Notes under the pieces: model-generated | The model's input: the letters and a program-made list of their open reading frames with translations, nothing else | The model's database searches: none | What the model was told of the DNA's origin: nothing | Assembly: GCA_036262055.1 (NCBI GenBank) | Contig: DATAJP010000002.1 | Location: 306,177 to 330,176, forward strand | Length of the DNA stretch: 24,000 bases | Direction: 5' to 3' | DNA from: Ignavibacteria bacterium | GTDB lineage: Bacteria > Bacteroidota > Ignavibacteria > Tepidaquicellales > Tepidaquicellaceae | Translations under genes and position numbers: made by a program | Shown here: positions 1 to 6,900 of the stretch, piece after piece | How the letters are laid out: the number at the start of each line of letters is the position of its first letter | Numbering within the stretch: the first letter of the stretch is position 1

Positions 1-426
1 ACCATCAACTTCAAAAAGCTCTTTGATTTCATTTGTGGAAATAACTGCTCCTGCCGTTTCAAATGATGTAGCAGGAACGCAAGACGATGCGCCGAAATAA
101 AACTTAAACGGCACCTGAATTCCGTTATTAATCATGTAACGAATGCCGTCAATTCCGAGAACATTTGCAATTTCATGCGGGTCAGAAACCGTTGCAACTG
201 TTCCGTGAATTACCGCAATGCGCGCAAACTCCGATGGAATAAGCATTGAGCTTTCAATATGAATATGCGCATCGATAAATCCCGGCATCAAATAAGTATC
301 GTACTTTGCTTTTTCATCGGAAATAATTTTTTCAATCTTTCCGTCTTTAACGTGAATTGTCGAAGAAGTTATCTTGCGGTTTACTATATCAACAACATTA
401 CCCGATATTGAAAATGTATCGTCCAT
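1..426 (-). CDS. ade: Adenine deaminase, N-terminal 142 codons (gene runs off the window start)
   Basis: Absent from the ORF track because the 3' end is off-window. My translation from the ATG at 426..424 stays open to position 1: [82 protein letters not shown]... [15 protein letters not shown] and DPHEIANV are metal-binding amidohydrolase motifs typical of adenine deaminase. Confidence 0.8.
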   Translation of the reverse strand, partial: MDDTFSISGNVVDIVNRKITSSTIHVKDGKIEKIISDEKAKYDTYLMPGFIDAHIHIESSMLIPSEFARIAVIHGTVATVSDPHEIANVLGIDGIRYMINNGIQVPFKFYFGASSCVPATSFETAGAVISTNEIKELFEVDG

Positions 427-470
427 TAGAGTTAATAAAATTAATTAGAGTTTAAATATTAAAAAAATTT

Positions 471-497
471 GTCATCATGAACGAAGTGAAAGATCTC
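471..497 (+). repeat. Degenerate GTCATC-headed palindromic repeat (GTCATCATGAACGAAGTGAAAGATCTC)
   Basis: Intergenic. It has the same GTCAY head as the other repeat families and resembles the GTCATCCTGAGCGAAGCGAAGGATC-type element I recall from FCB-group genomes. Single degenerate copy. Confidence 0.4.
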
Positions 498-532
498 ATT
501 CATTTGGGAATGCAGATTACTGCTCATTGATT

Positions 533-558
533 GGGATTCCCGCTTCCGCGGAAATGAC
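533..558 (-). repeat. REP-like palindromic element, family A (GTCATTTCCGCGGAAGCGGGAATCCC on minus strand)
   Basis: Plus strand reads GGGATTCCCGCTTCCGCGGAAATGAC. Near-identical to the copies at 3832, 6061, 11879, 11991 and 17289. Forms a GC stem with a 4-nt loop. Confidence 0.85.
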
Positions 559-571
559 TTCGGATTTGTAA

Positions 572-2020
572 TTACGTCTTATAAATAAAATGTTCTATTT
601 TTTTATAAAACTCATCTTTGGTGAACGGCTTTGCGAGATAGTCATCCATTCCTGATTCTATGCACCGTTCTTTGTCGGCTTTCATTGAGTATGCCGTTAT
701 GCCGATAATTGGCAAATGACCTCCGCTTTCTTTTTCGATTTCGCGTATGATTGAGGTTGCTTCAAGTCCGTCCATAACCGGCATCTGAACGTCCATTAAA
801 ATCATATAGAAGTTTTTCTTCGTTTCCATTGCATCGAAAATTTTCAAGCCGTTTTCAACAATCGTTACTTCATATCCTTTTCTTTCAAGAAGCTCTTTAA
901 CAAGCCGCTGGTTTACAAAATTATCTTCTGCAACAAGTATGCTTATTTTTCCCTCATGCTTTCCATCATAATTTTCACTTGAAATGTTTTCTGCATTTTC
1001 TGTAACATCAACACATTCAAATGGCAGTTCGCATTTCACGGTTGTGCCTTTACCAATTTCACTGTCTATATTAATTGTGCCTCCCATCGAGTCAAGAATA
1101 CATTTTGTAATCGCAAGCCCAAGACCTTTTCCTGTATAAGTCATTTTTCCAAGCGGGTCGTTATATGTAAACGCTTCAAAGATTTTTTCACGCATTTCAG
1201 GTGCAATTCCTATTCCAGTATCCTTAACCGTTATAAAATAATTTATCTTTCCATAATCAAGCTCGCTGTTGACGTTTATTTCAATTTTTCCTTTTTCGGT
1301 AAACCTGATTGCATTAGAAATAATGTTAATTATAACCTGATTAACTCTCAGCGGATCGCCAAGAACTTCTTTTGAAGGAAGATTATCACAGTTCGATTTT
1401 AACTCGATATTTTTTCTTCTTGCATCGGCTTCCATGACTTTGCAGGAATTTTTTATAAGATGCTCAAAATTGAAGTTCGTTTTTTCAAGCTTAAACTTTC
1501 CTGACTCGATCCTTGCCAAATCCATAATGTCGTTTACAATGGCTAAGAGTGTAGTTGAAGAAAATTTTATTATATCGAGATATTCTTTTTGTTCTTCACT
1601 CACCTTTGTTAATGAAAGCAGCTCGGTCATCCCCACAATACCGTTCATCGGTGTTCTTATTTCCTGGCTCATATTTGCAAGGAAGGAAGTTTTTGCGCGG
1701 TTAGCGGCTTCAGCTTTCACTTTTGCATCGAGTAAATCCGCATAAGAACTTTTTCCATCGGCAGATGAAGAAGATGAAGATATTGGTGGATTTATTTTTT
1801 TAAGAGCAAATAATTTATCGGCAATAAAATAAAAAATTACGGTTGTGGCTATGATGAATAAAAGACGCCTGTAAAGATCCACTTCAGAAAAAAATCCTGA
1901 AGTTGTCATGTTGGAAATTAGCAGCTTATCACAGAAAATGATTACAACGACACTTAATACGAAATATAATAATGTAAGTTTTAATATAGGATTTAATCGG
2001 GGTTTATCTGAAGATGCCAT
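572..2020 (-). CDS. Hybrid sensor histidine kinase / response regulator (HisKA-like, HATPase_c, REC) with a non-canonical H-box (Gln instead of His)
   Basis: 482-aa ORF. Two N-terminal hydrophobic helices (about res 14-31 and 52-70) are joined by only a ~20-aa loop. DHp motif is FLANMSQEIRTPMNG. N-box NIISNAIRFT, G1 DTGIGI and G2 GKGLGLAI are present. C-terminal receiver: ILVAEDN..LMDVQMPVMDG..GITAY..LAKPF. Confidence 0.9.
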   Translation of the reverse strand: MASSDKPRLNPILKLTLLYFVLSVVVIIFCDKLLISNMTTSGFFSEVDLYRRLLFIIATTVIFYFIADKLFALKKINPPISSSSSSADGKSSYADLLDAKVKAEAANRAKTSFLANMSQEIRTPMNGIVGMTELLSLTKVSEEQKEYLDIIKFSSTTLLAIVNDIMDLARIESGKFKLEKTNFNFEHLIKNSCKVMEADARRKNIELKSNCDNLPSKEVLGDPLRVNQVIINIISNAIRFTEKGKIEINVNSELDYGKINYFITVKDTGIGIAPEMREKIFEAFTYNDPLGKMTYTGKGLGLAITKCILDSMGGTINIDSEIGKGTTVKCELPFECVDVTENAENISSENYDGKHEGKISILVAEDNFVNQRLVKELLERKGYEVTIVENGLKIFDAMETKKNFYMILMDVQMPVMDGLEATSIIREIEKESGGHLPIIGITAYSMKADKERCIESGMDDYLAKPFTKDEFYKKIEHFIYKT

Positions 2021-2022
2021 AT

Positions 2023-2733
2023 TTAACTCTCTTTTTCAGGTTCTATTATTCTGAACCTGTACAATATGCTTTCGGTTATTTCTTTAGCGCGGGCTTCCGA
2101 GCTGTTGACTAAATTTAATGCAAAAATATATAAATTGTTACCATATTCTACGGTTCCAAGGCACCAATTCAATTTTTGCGCGTTATCACCGTTATTGCGA
2201 CATTCTCCATTTACGAAACTAATTTTTCTTTGGTTCACCGTATCTGAAACAAAATTTGTTTTAAAAACATTAAGCTGTTCTGCCGATAAATTAATTTCAT
2301 TCATATAAATTTTTCTGATGAAATTAATTTGTTCAACAGCAGAAATTTTTAAAACATCGCCGCATAAAAAATTACCGGGTGAAAAGCTCGTATCATTATT
2401 TCCGTAACTAAAATTTTTTATGATTTTCTTTTGCGCATTTATTGCCGAGGTATCCGTTGTTCCTAATGAATCATTTCTCGAATTGATTACATTCGAAAGA
2501 ACGGTTAGGTATTTATAAGTCCCTGCAGGACTTAATTCTTTATTGGCAAAAGCTTCATTATGATATATGTGATACTTATTATTAAAATCGTAGAGGATGA
2601 AACAGCCGGAATCGTTTTTGAAAAATTCAGTAAAGTCTGCCTGATATCCGCGTTTATCAGGGTTTTTATCGCAGGAACTAAGAAGAAAGAGCAGAACAAA
2701 CAACAAAAGAGGAAATGAAATTTTAGGTATCAA
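2023..2733 (-). CDS. Lipoprotein with a degenerate class-D beta-lactamase / BlaR1-MecR1 sensor-like domain
   Basis: 236-aa ORF with signal peptide and lipobox (LLSSC, Cys21). SPAGTYK aligns to PASTFK/STYK. FSYGNNDTS..LKISAVEQINFIRKIY aligns to my recollection of OXA-10 FSYGNQNISGG..LRISAVNQVEFLESLY. NWCLGTVEYGNNLYIFALNL aligns to [20 protein letters not shown]. Its stop is 2 nt from the kinase start. Confidence 0.8.
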   Translation of the reverse strand: MIPKISFPLLLFVLLFLLSSCDKNPDKRGYQADFTEFFKNDSGCFILYDFNNKYHIYHNEAFANKELSPAGTYKYLTVLSNVINSRNDSLGTTDTSAINAQKKIIKNFSYGNNDTSFSPGNFLCGDVLKISAVEQINFIRKIYMNEINLSAEQLNVFKTNFVSDTVNQRKISFVNGECRNNGDNAQKLNWCLGTVEYGNNLYIFALNLVNSSEARAKEITESILYRFRIIEPEKES

Positions 2734-2743
2734 ATTATATCTT

Positions 2744-3139
2744 TTATCCGTAATGTATCAATAAATGTTTTTCTATGATTTTATAAAAATCATCTTTATT
2801 AAACGGCTTGGATATATAATCATCCATGCCAATCTCAAAGCATTTTTGCCGGTCGCTTTCCATAGCAAAAGCTGTCACAGCAATAATTGGAACATATTTC
2901 CCGCTTGTAATTTCTTTTGCACGTATAAGTTTAGTCGCCTGATATCCGTCCATAACAGGCATCTGAATATCCATCAGAATAATATGAAACTTTTCATTTT
3001 CTAATGCATCAAGAACCTTCTGACCGTCATCAACAATCGTAATATTATACCCTTTATTGAGTAAAAGCTTACTGATTAATTTTTGATTGATATAATTATC
3101 TTCAGCGACTAAAACCTTGATAGTTTTAGGATTTACCAT
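2744..3139 (-). CDS. Stand-alone response-regulator receiver (CheY-like, no output domain)
   Basis: 131-aa ORF with motifs VLVAEDN, ILMDIQMPVMDG, AVTAF and ISKPF. Clearly paralogous to the receiver domain of the kinase at 572..2020. Its stop is 10 nt from the lipoprotein start. GGGGGT lies 8 nt upstream of the ATG. Confidence 0.9.
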   Translation of the reverse strand: MVNPKTIKVLVAEDNYINQKLISKLLLNKGYNITIVDDGQKVLDALENEKFHIILMDIQMPVMDGYQATKLIRAKEITSGKYVPIIAVTAFAMESDRQKCFEIGMDDYISKPFNKDDFYKIIEKHLLIHYG

Positions 3140-3240
3140 ACTTTTTTACCCCCGAACAAGCAAATTACTATTGTATCCATGTAATCTCAATATTCAAATA
3201 AATATAATATAAGTTAAAAAACTATAAATTTAGAAAAAAC

Positions 3241-3741
3241 TTATTTAAATTTAATTATTATTAATGAATTTATAATCGAAGCGATAAATCCGCCAAAAAT
3301 TGAATAAATAATTAATTGGAAAATCAAATAATAAGTATTGAATTCAAAATATAAATTATTGCGTATAAACGGAGAGTTTAATAACTGAATATCAAGCAAT
3401 GAATAAGTATAAATGTTGTTGATTAAGGTATTGGAAATATTTTTATTAAAATTATTATAATAAATATAAGTAAAAACAGTTGTAAGGATTATGAAACTGA
3501 ATGTGATTAGTATTCCGTATAATGCTGCATCTTTAAACTTCAAATTCTGATTTTTAAGCTCTCTGCTTTCGTTATTGAAAGAATCAATTCCTATATAGGT
3601 TGCAATAAAAAGAAACGGAAAAGAGAGATTATAAAACCCGAAGTTTGCTAAGCTTAGTTGAGTATTATATTGATTGAAAATCGACATCTCTATAAGAACA
3701 TAAATGATGAAAGCCAAGCCAGCAAATAATCCGTATTTCAA
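3241..3741 (-). CDS. Small polytopic membrane protein, unknown function (possibly DUF4199-like)
   Basis: 166-aa ORF with about 4 hydrophobic segments. Very AT-rich and rich in I/N/Y/F. No catalytic motif recognised. Confidence 0.55.
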   Translation of the reverse strand: MKYGLFAGLAFIIYVLIEMSIFNQYNTQLSLANFGFYNLSFPFLFIATYIGIDSFNNESRELKNQNLKFKDAALYGILITFSFIILTTVFTYIYYNNFNKNISNTLINNIYTYSLLDIQLLNSPFIRNNLYFEFNTYYLIFQLIIYSIFGGFIASIINSLIIIKFK

Positions 3742-3831
3742 AATTTATTTTTTAGAAATGACGCTTTGATAAATTTGTATATAAATATTCTGATTTAATA
3801 GAATCAGCCACATTATATTGTGTAAAAAGAA

Positions 3832-3857
3832 GTCATTCCCGCGAAGGCGGGAATCCC
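3832..3857 (+). repeat. REP-like palindromic element, family A (GTCATTCCCGCGAAGGCGGGAATCCC)
   Basis: Exact consensus copy in intergenic DNA. Stem ATTCCCGC/GCGGGAAT with loop GAAG. Confidence 0.9.
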
Positions 3858-3892
3858 AGTACTGTTTGCAAAATACTTTCAAGTCTCATAGT

Positions 3893-3923
3893 CCTCCCCT
3901 TAATTCCCCTCCAAAGGGGAAAA
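3893..3923 (+). repeat. C/G-tract palindromic repeat, family C (TCCTCCCCTTAATTCCCCTCCAAAGGGGAAA)
   Basis: Hairpin TTCCCCT-CCAA-AGGGGAA at 3904..3921. Its ends match the element embedded in the acylase gene at 20331..20390 (minus strand). Confidence 0.65.
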
Positions 3924-3987
3924 CATATACAAACTTATCGTAATCAGAAGGAATTAAAAAAAGTGTATAATTTATAATACTAATAAT

Positions 3988-6048
3988 TTAATACTCAACA
4001 AGCTTTCTGATTTGTTCTTCGAATCTTTTAATCGGGAAAAAGTTTTGCTCAAGCTCTAAGGCAAAAGGAACGGGTGTATCGAGTCCTGCTGAACGAACAA
4101 CCGGTGCATCGAGATACTCAAAACAATTTTCAGAAATAATTGCAGAAATTTCTCCGCCTATTCCGCCGGTTAAAGTATCTTCGTGAAGTATGATAACTTT
4201 TCCTGTTTTCTTAACCGAGTTAATAATTGTTTCTTTATCAAGAGGAATCAAAGTTCGCAAATCAATTATCTCACAATCTATGTCAGGATTTTTTTCTGCA
4301 AAGTTTTTTGCCCACTGAACACCAAGCCCGTAAGTTATGATTGAAACTTCCTCACCGGATTTAACAATGCTTGCTTTCCCGATTTCGATTGTATAATAAT
4401 CATCAGGAATATCTTCTTTCAAGCTCCTATATAATGCCTTATGCTCGAAGAACATAACAGGATTCGGATCTTCAAATGCGGCAATCATCATTCCTTTTGC
4501 ATCGTATGGATTTGATGGATAAAATATTTTTAATCCCGGTGTATGGAAAAACCACGCTTCGTTTGATTGCGAGTGAAAAGGTCCTGCGCCAACACCTGCG
4601 CCGCAGGGCATTCTGATAACGACGTCAGCATTCTGTCCCCAACGGTAATGAATCTTTGCAAGGTTATTCACGATTTGGTTGAATCCCGATGTAACAAAAT
4701 CAGCAAATTGCATCTCGACCATCGCCTTGTAGTGCTTAACCGATAAACCTAATGCTGCGCCGATGATTGCAGATTCACATAATGGGGTATTACGAACCCG
4801 GTCTTTGCCAAATTCTTTATAAAAATTCTCAGTAATTTTAAACACACCGCCGTACTCTGCAATATCCTGTCCCATTAAAATTAAATTATCATATTTTTCC
4901 ATTGCAAGCTTAAGACCATCAGAGATTGCATCGACAAATCTTTTTGATGACTTTGCACTCGAGCCGGGCTTAATAACAATCTGTTCATAAGGTTCATAAA
5001 TGTCTTTTAATTCATCTTCGGTGTTTGCAATAACATTTGGCGCGCTGAACGCAGCATCAAGCGCTGACTCAATTTCTTTTTTAAATTCTTTTCTTGTTTC
5101 TTTTACAAAGTCTTCGGTAATTACAGCTTCATTCAATAAAAAATTTTCATAGTTCGTTACAGGATCTTTCTTTCCCCATTCATCGAATAAATTTTTCGGA
5201 ACATATTTTGTTCCCGATGCTTCTTCATGTCCGCGCATTCTGAACGTCATGCACTCAAGCAAAACAGGTTTTTGTTTTTTCTTGATTGACTTGGAAAGAT
5301 TTTTCATCGTTTCATAAACAGTCAGAATATTATTTCCGTCAATTTGCATTCCTTCCATTCCGTAACCTTCAGCTTTTGTGTATAAGCTTGTGCATTTATA
5401 CTGCTCGTTCACGGGAGTGGATAAGCCGTAACAATTATTTTCAATTATAAATACAACAGGTAAATCCCATACCGCAGCAACGTTTAACGCTTCGTGAAAA
5501 TCACCTTCGCTCGTTCCGCCGTCACCGGTGAACACAGTCGTAATCTTCGCTTTATCCTTTTTTGCTTTCACATTCAAAGAACACGCAAGTGCAATACCGT
5601 CTGCAATTGCAAGCTGGGGACCAAGATGTGAAATCATGCCGACAATATGATGCTCATTCGTTCCGAAGTGAAACGAACGCTCGCGGGCTTTTGAGAACCC
5701 GTCATACTTTCCCTGAAGCTGCATAAATAATTTATCAAGAGGAAGCTTGCGCGAAGTGAAAATACCAAGGTTTCTATGCATCGGCAAAATATATTCATCT
5801 GATTCCATTGCTTCGGCAACGCCGACAGAAATTGCTTCCTGCCCGATTCCCGAAAACCATTTGCTAACCTTTCCGAGACGAAGATTCAGTAACATCTTCT
5901 CCTCAATCATTCTCGGCAATAAAATTGCTTTGTATAATCTGATTAGAGTATCGTCATCAAAATTCTTTCTGTCGAATTTTATGAAAACTTCTCTTTTATT
6001 TTTTTCTTTATTTTTTTCTTCTGTGTCAGTAATTGAAAGCTGTGCCAT
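3988..6048 (-). CDS. Fused 2-oxoacid (branched-chain/pyruvate family) dehydrogenase E1 component, alpha+beta subunits in one polypeptide
   Basis: 686-aa ORF. The N-terminal half carries the TPP motif GDGGTSEGDFHEALNVAAVWDLPVVFIIENN. The C-terminal half is transketolase-like E1-beta (MGQDIAEYGGVFKIT.., CESAIIGAALGLS, FADFV). Confidence 0.9.
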   Translation of the reverse strand: MAQLSITDTEEKNKEKNKREVFIKFDRKNFDDDTLIRLYKAILLPRMIEEKMLLNLRLGKVSKWFSGIGQEAISVGVAEAMESDEYILPMHRNLGIFTSRKLPLDKLFMQLQGKYDGFSKARERSFHFGTNEHHIVGMISHLGPQLAIADGIALACSLNVKAKKDKAKITTVFTGDGGTSEGDFHEALNVAAVWDLPVVFIIENNCYGLSTPVNEQYKCTSLYTKAEGYGMEGMQIDGNNILTVYETMKNLSKSIKKKQKPVLLECMTFRMRGHEEASGTKYVPKNLFDEWGKKDPVTNYENFLLNEAVITEDFVKETRKEFKKEIESALDAAFSAPNVIANTEDELKDIYEPYEQIVIKPGSSAKSSKRFVDAISDGLKLAMEKYDNLILMGQDIAEYGGVFKITENFYKEFGKDRVRNTPLCESAIIGAALGLSVKHYKAMVEMQFADFVTSGFNQIVNNLAKIHYRWGQNADVVIRMPCGAGVGAGPFHSQSNEAWFFHTPGLKIFYPSNPYDAKGMMIAAFEDPNPVMFFEHKALYRSLKEDIPDDYYTIEIGKASIVKSGEEVSIITYGLGVQWAKNFAEKNPDIDCEIIDLRTLIPLDKETIINSVKKTGKVIILHEDTLTGGIGGEISAIISENCFEYLDAPVVRSAGLDTPVPFALELEQNFFPIKRFEEQIRKLVEY

Positions 6049-6060
6049 ATTCCCTTTGAA

Positions 6061-6086
6061 GTCATTCCCGCGCAGGCGGGAATCCC
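6061..6086 (+). repeat. REP-like palindromic element, family A (GTCATTCCCGCGCAGGCGGGAATCCC)
   Basis: One loop substitution relative to consensus. Lies 13 nt upstream (in transcript sense) of the E1 start codon. Confidence 0.9.
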
Positions 6087-6090
6087 ATTC

Positions 6091-6115
6091 AGGCAGACAG
6101 GAATGTCTGTCCTAC
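6091..6115 (+). repeat. Palindromic repeat, family D (AGGCAGACAGGAATGTCTGTCCTAC)
   Basis: Stem CAGACA/TGTCTG around a GGAA loop, directly abutting the family A copy. Only one copy in this window. I recall the same motif as a dispersed repeat elsewhere, but that is unverified. Confidence 0.4.
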
Positions 6116-6132
6116 TAATAATTTGCATTAAT

Positions 6133-6152
6133 AAAAAAGGGGCGTTAGCCCC
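6133..6152 (-). terminator. Rho-independent terminator downstream of ferritin
   Basis: Minus strand reads GGGGC-TAAC-GCCCC followed by TTTTTT. It lies 44 nt after the ferritin stop. Confidence 0.7.
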
Positions 6153-6195
6153 GTTATAAATTTTGTATCCCGATAGAAGTCAATCGGGGAAATTT

Positions 6196-6729
6196 TTACT
6201 CGCCTGTATCGGTTCTGATTGAAAGAACTTCAGGAGGCGCCTGTCTTTTTGAAAGCTCATTATCAAGCATAAGAATACCGTGCCCCTCATTACCAACCAG
6301 CTTAACTTTTGCAATCAGTCTATTGAACAAATCAATTTCTTCTACCTGTTCATCTACATACCATTTCATGAAACTCATTACTGCGTGATTGTTATCTTTA
6401 ATTGCCATGTCCATAAGGTTATCTATGCAGTCAGCTATGAACTTTTCCTGTTTCATTGCCGCTTCAAATACATCATAAATGGAATTGTATTCGGCTTTTG
6501 GTTCTTTGAGTGCTTTAAGAATTACTCTTCCATCCATAGCATTCACGAAATTAAAAATCTTCATTGCATGGAAATGCTCTTCAGCGGCCTGAACCTTGAA
6601 AAAGTTCGTGAAGCCATCAAGGTTTTGAGATTCAAAATAAGCTGCCATCGCCAGGTAATCATATTCAGATGAAAGCTCCCTGTTTATCTGCAAATTTAAC
6701 TCATCATGTAACTTTTGTGACATTCTCAT
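6196..6729 (-). CDS. ftn: Non-haem ferritin
   Basis: LNLQINRELSSEYDYLAMAAYF..VQAAEEHFHAMKIFNFV contains ferroxidase-centre E/ExxH motifs. The track ORF begins at a TTG (6759). I prefer the ATG at 6729 (MRMSQKL) because AGGAG lies 10 nt upstream of it. Confidence 0.9.
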   Translation of the reverse strand: MRMSQKLHDELNLQINRELSSEYDYLAMAAYFESQNLDGFTNFFKVQAAEEHFHAMKIFNFVNAMDGRVILKALKEPKAEYNSIYDVFEAAMKQEKFIADCIDNLMDMAIKDNNHAVMSFMKWYVDEQVEEIDLFNRLIAKVKLVGNEGHGILMLDNELSKRQAPPEVLSIRTDTGE

Positions 6730-6761
6730 AACGATTTTTCTCCTTTCATTTCTGTTCAAAT

Positions 6762-6769
6762 CAAAATTA
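6762..6769 (-). promoter_or_regulatory. Candidate FCB-type -7 promoter box (TAATTTTG) for ferritin
   Basis: Matches TAnnTTTG about 33 nt upstream of the preferred ATG. It lies downstream of the upstream TTG start, which argues against that start. No experimental support. Confidence 0.3.
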
Positions 6770-6787
6770 CGAAATTTAAGCCGCAGA

Positions 6788-6803
6788 TAAAATGATGATT
6801 TTA
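6788..6803. promoter_or_regulatory. AT-rich inverted repeat TAAAAT-GATG-ATTTTA (Fur/PerR-box-like) upstream of ferritin
   Basis: 6+6 bp perfect arms. In context it reads GATAAAATGATGATTTTAG, which loosely resembles GATAATGAT Fur half-sites. Confidence 0.25.
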
Positions 6804-6804
6804 G

Positions 6805-6850
6805 GTGAAAAATTACAAATCCTTCCCGGAGGAGTTAACCGGGAAGGATT
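6805..6850 (-). terminator. Rho-independent terminator downstream of creD
   Basis: Perfect 12-bp stem AATCCTTCCCGG / CCGGGAAGGATT (6818..6829 and 6839..6850) with a 9-nt loop. On the minus strand it is followed by TGTAATTTTTCAC. Confidence 0.6.
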
Positions 6851-6900
6851 GTTTTCCTGAGCCTGTTAAAAAACAGACTTCCTTTCGGACGGGGGAAAAT

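Noticed and set aside
1760-1790. A poly-serine tract (SSSSSS) in the kinase linker as a slippage or phase-variation site
   Set aside because: It is encoded by mixed TCT/TCA codons (a GAAGA/TGAAGA pattern on the plus strand) rather than a homopolymer or perfect microsatellite. It is an ordinary flexible linker between TM2 and the DHp helix.
1434-3004. Track ORFs 1434..1745(+), 2066..2308(+) and 2765..3004(+), which lie antisense to the kinase, lipoprotein and receiver genes
   Set aside because: Each is fully nested opposite a longer ORF with clear domain homology. Their translations are low-complexity with no motifs. Such shadow ORFs are typical of AT-rich DNA.
5634-6118. Track ORFs 5634..5819(-) and 5747..6118(+)
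   Set aside because: Both overlap the well-supported E1 gene. The second runs out into intergenic DNA, where its C-terminus ([18 protein letters not shown]) is simply a translation of the two palindromic repeats.
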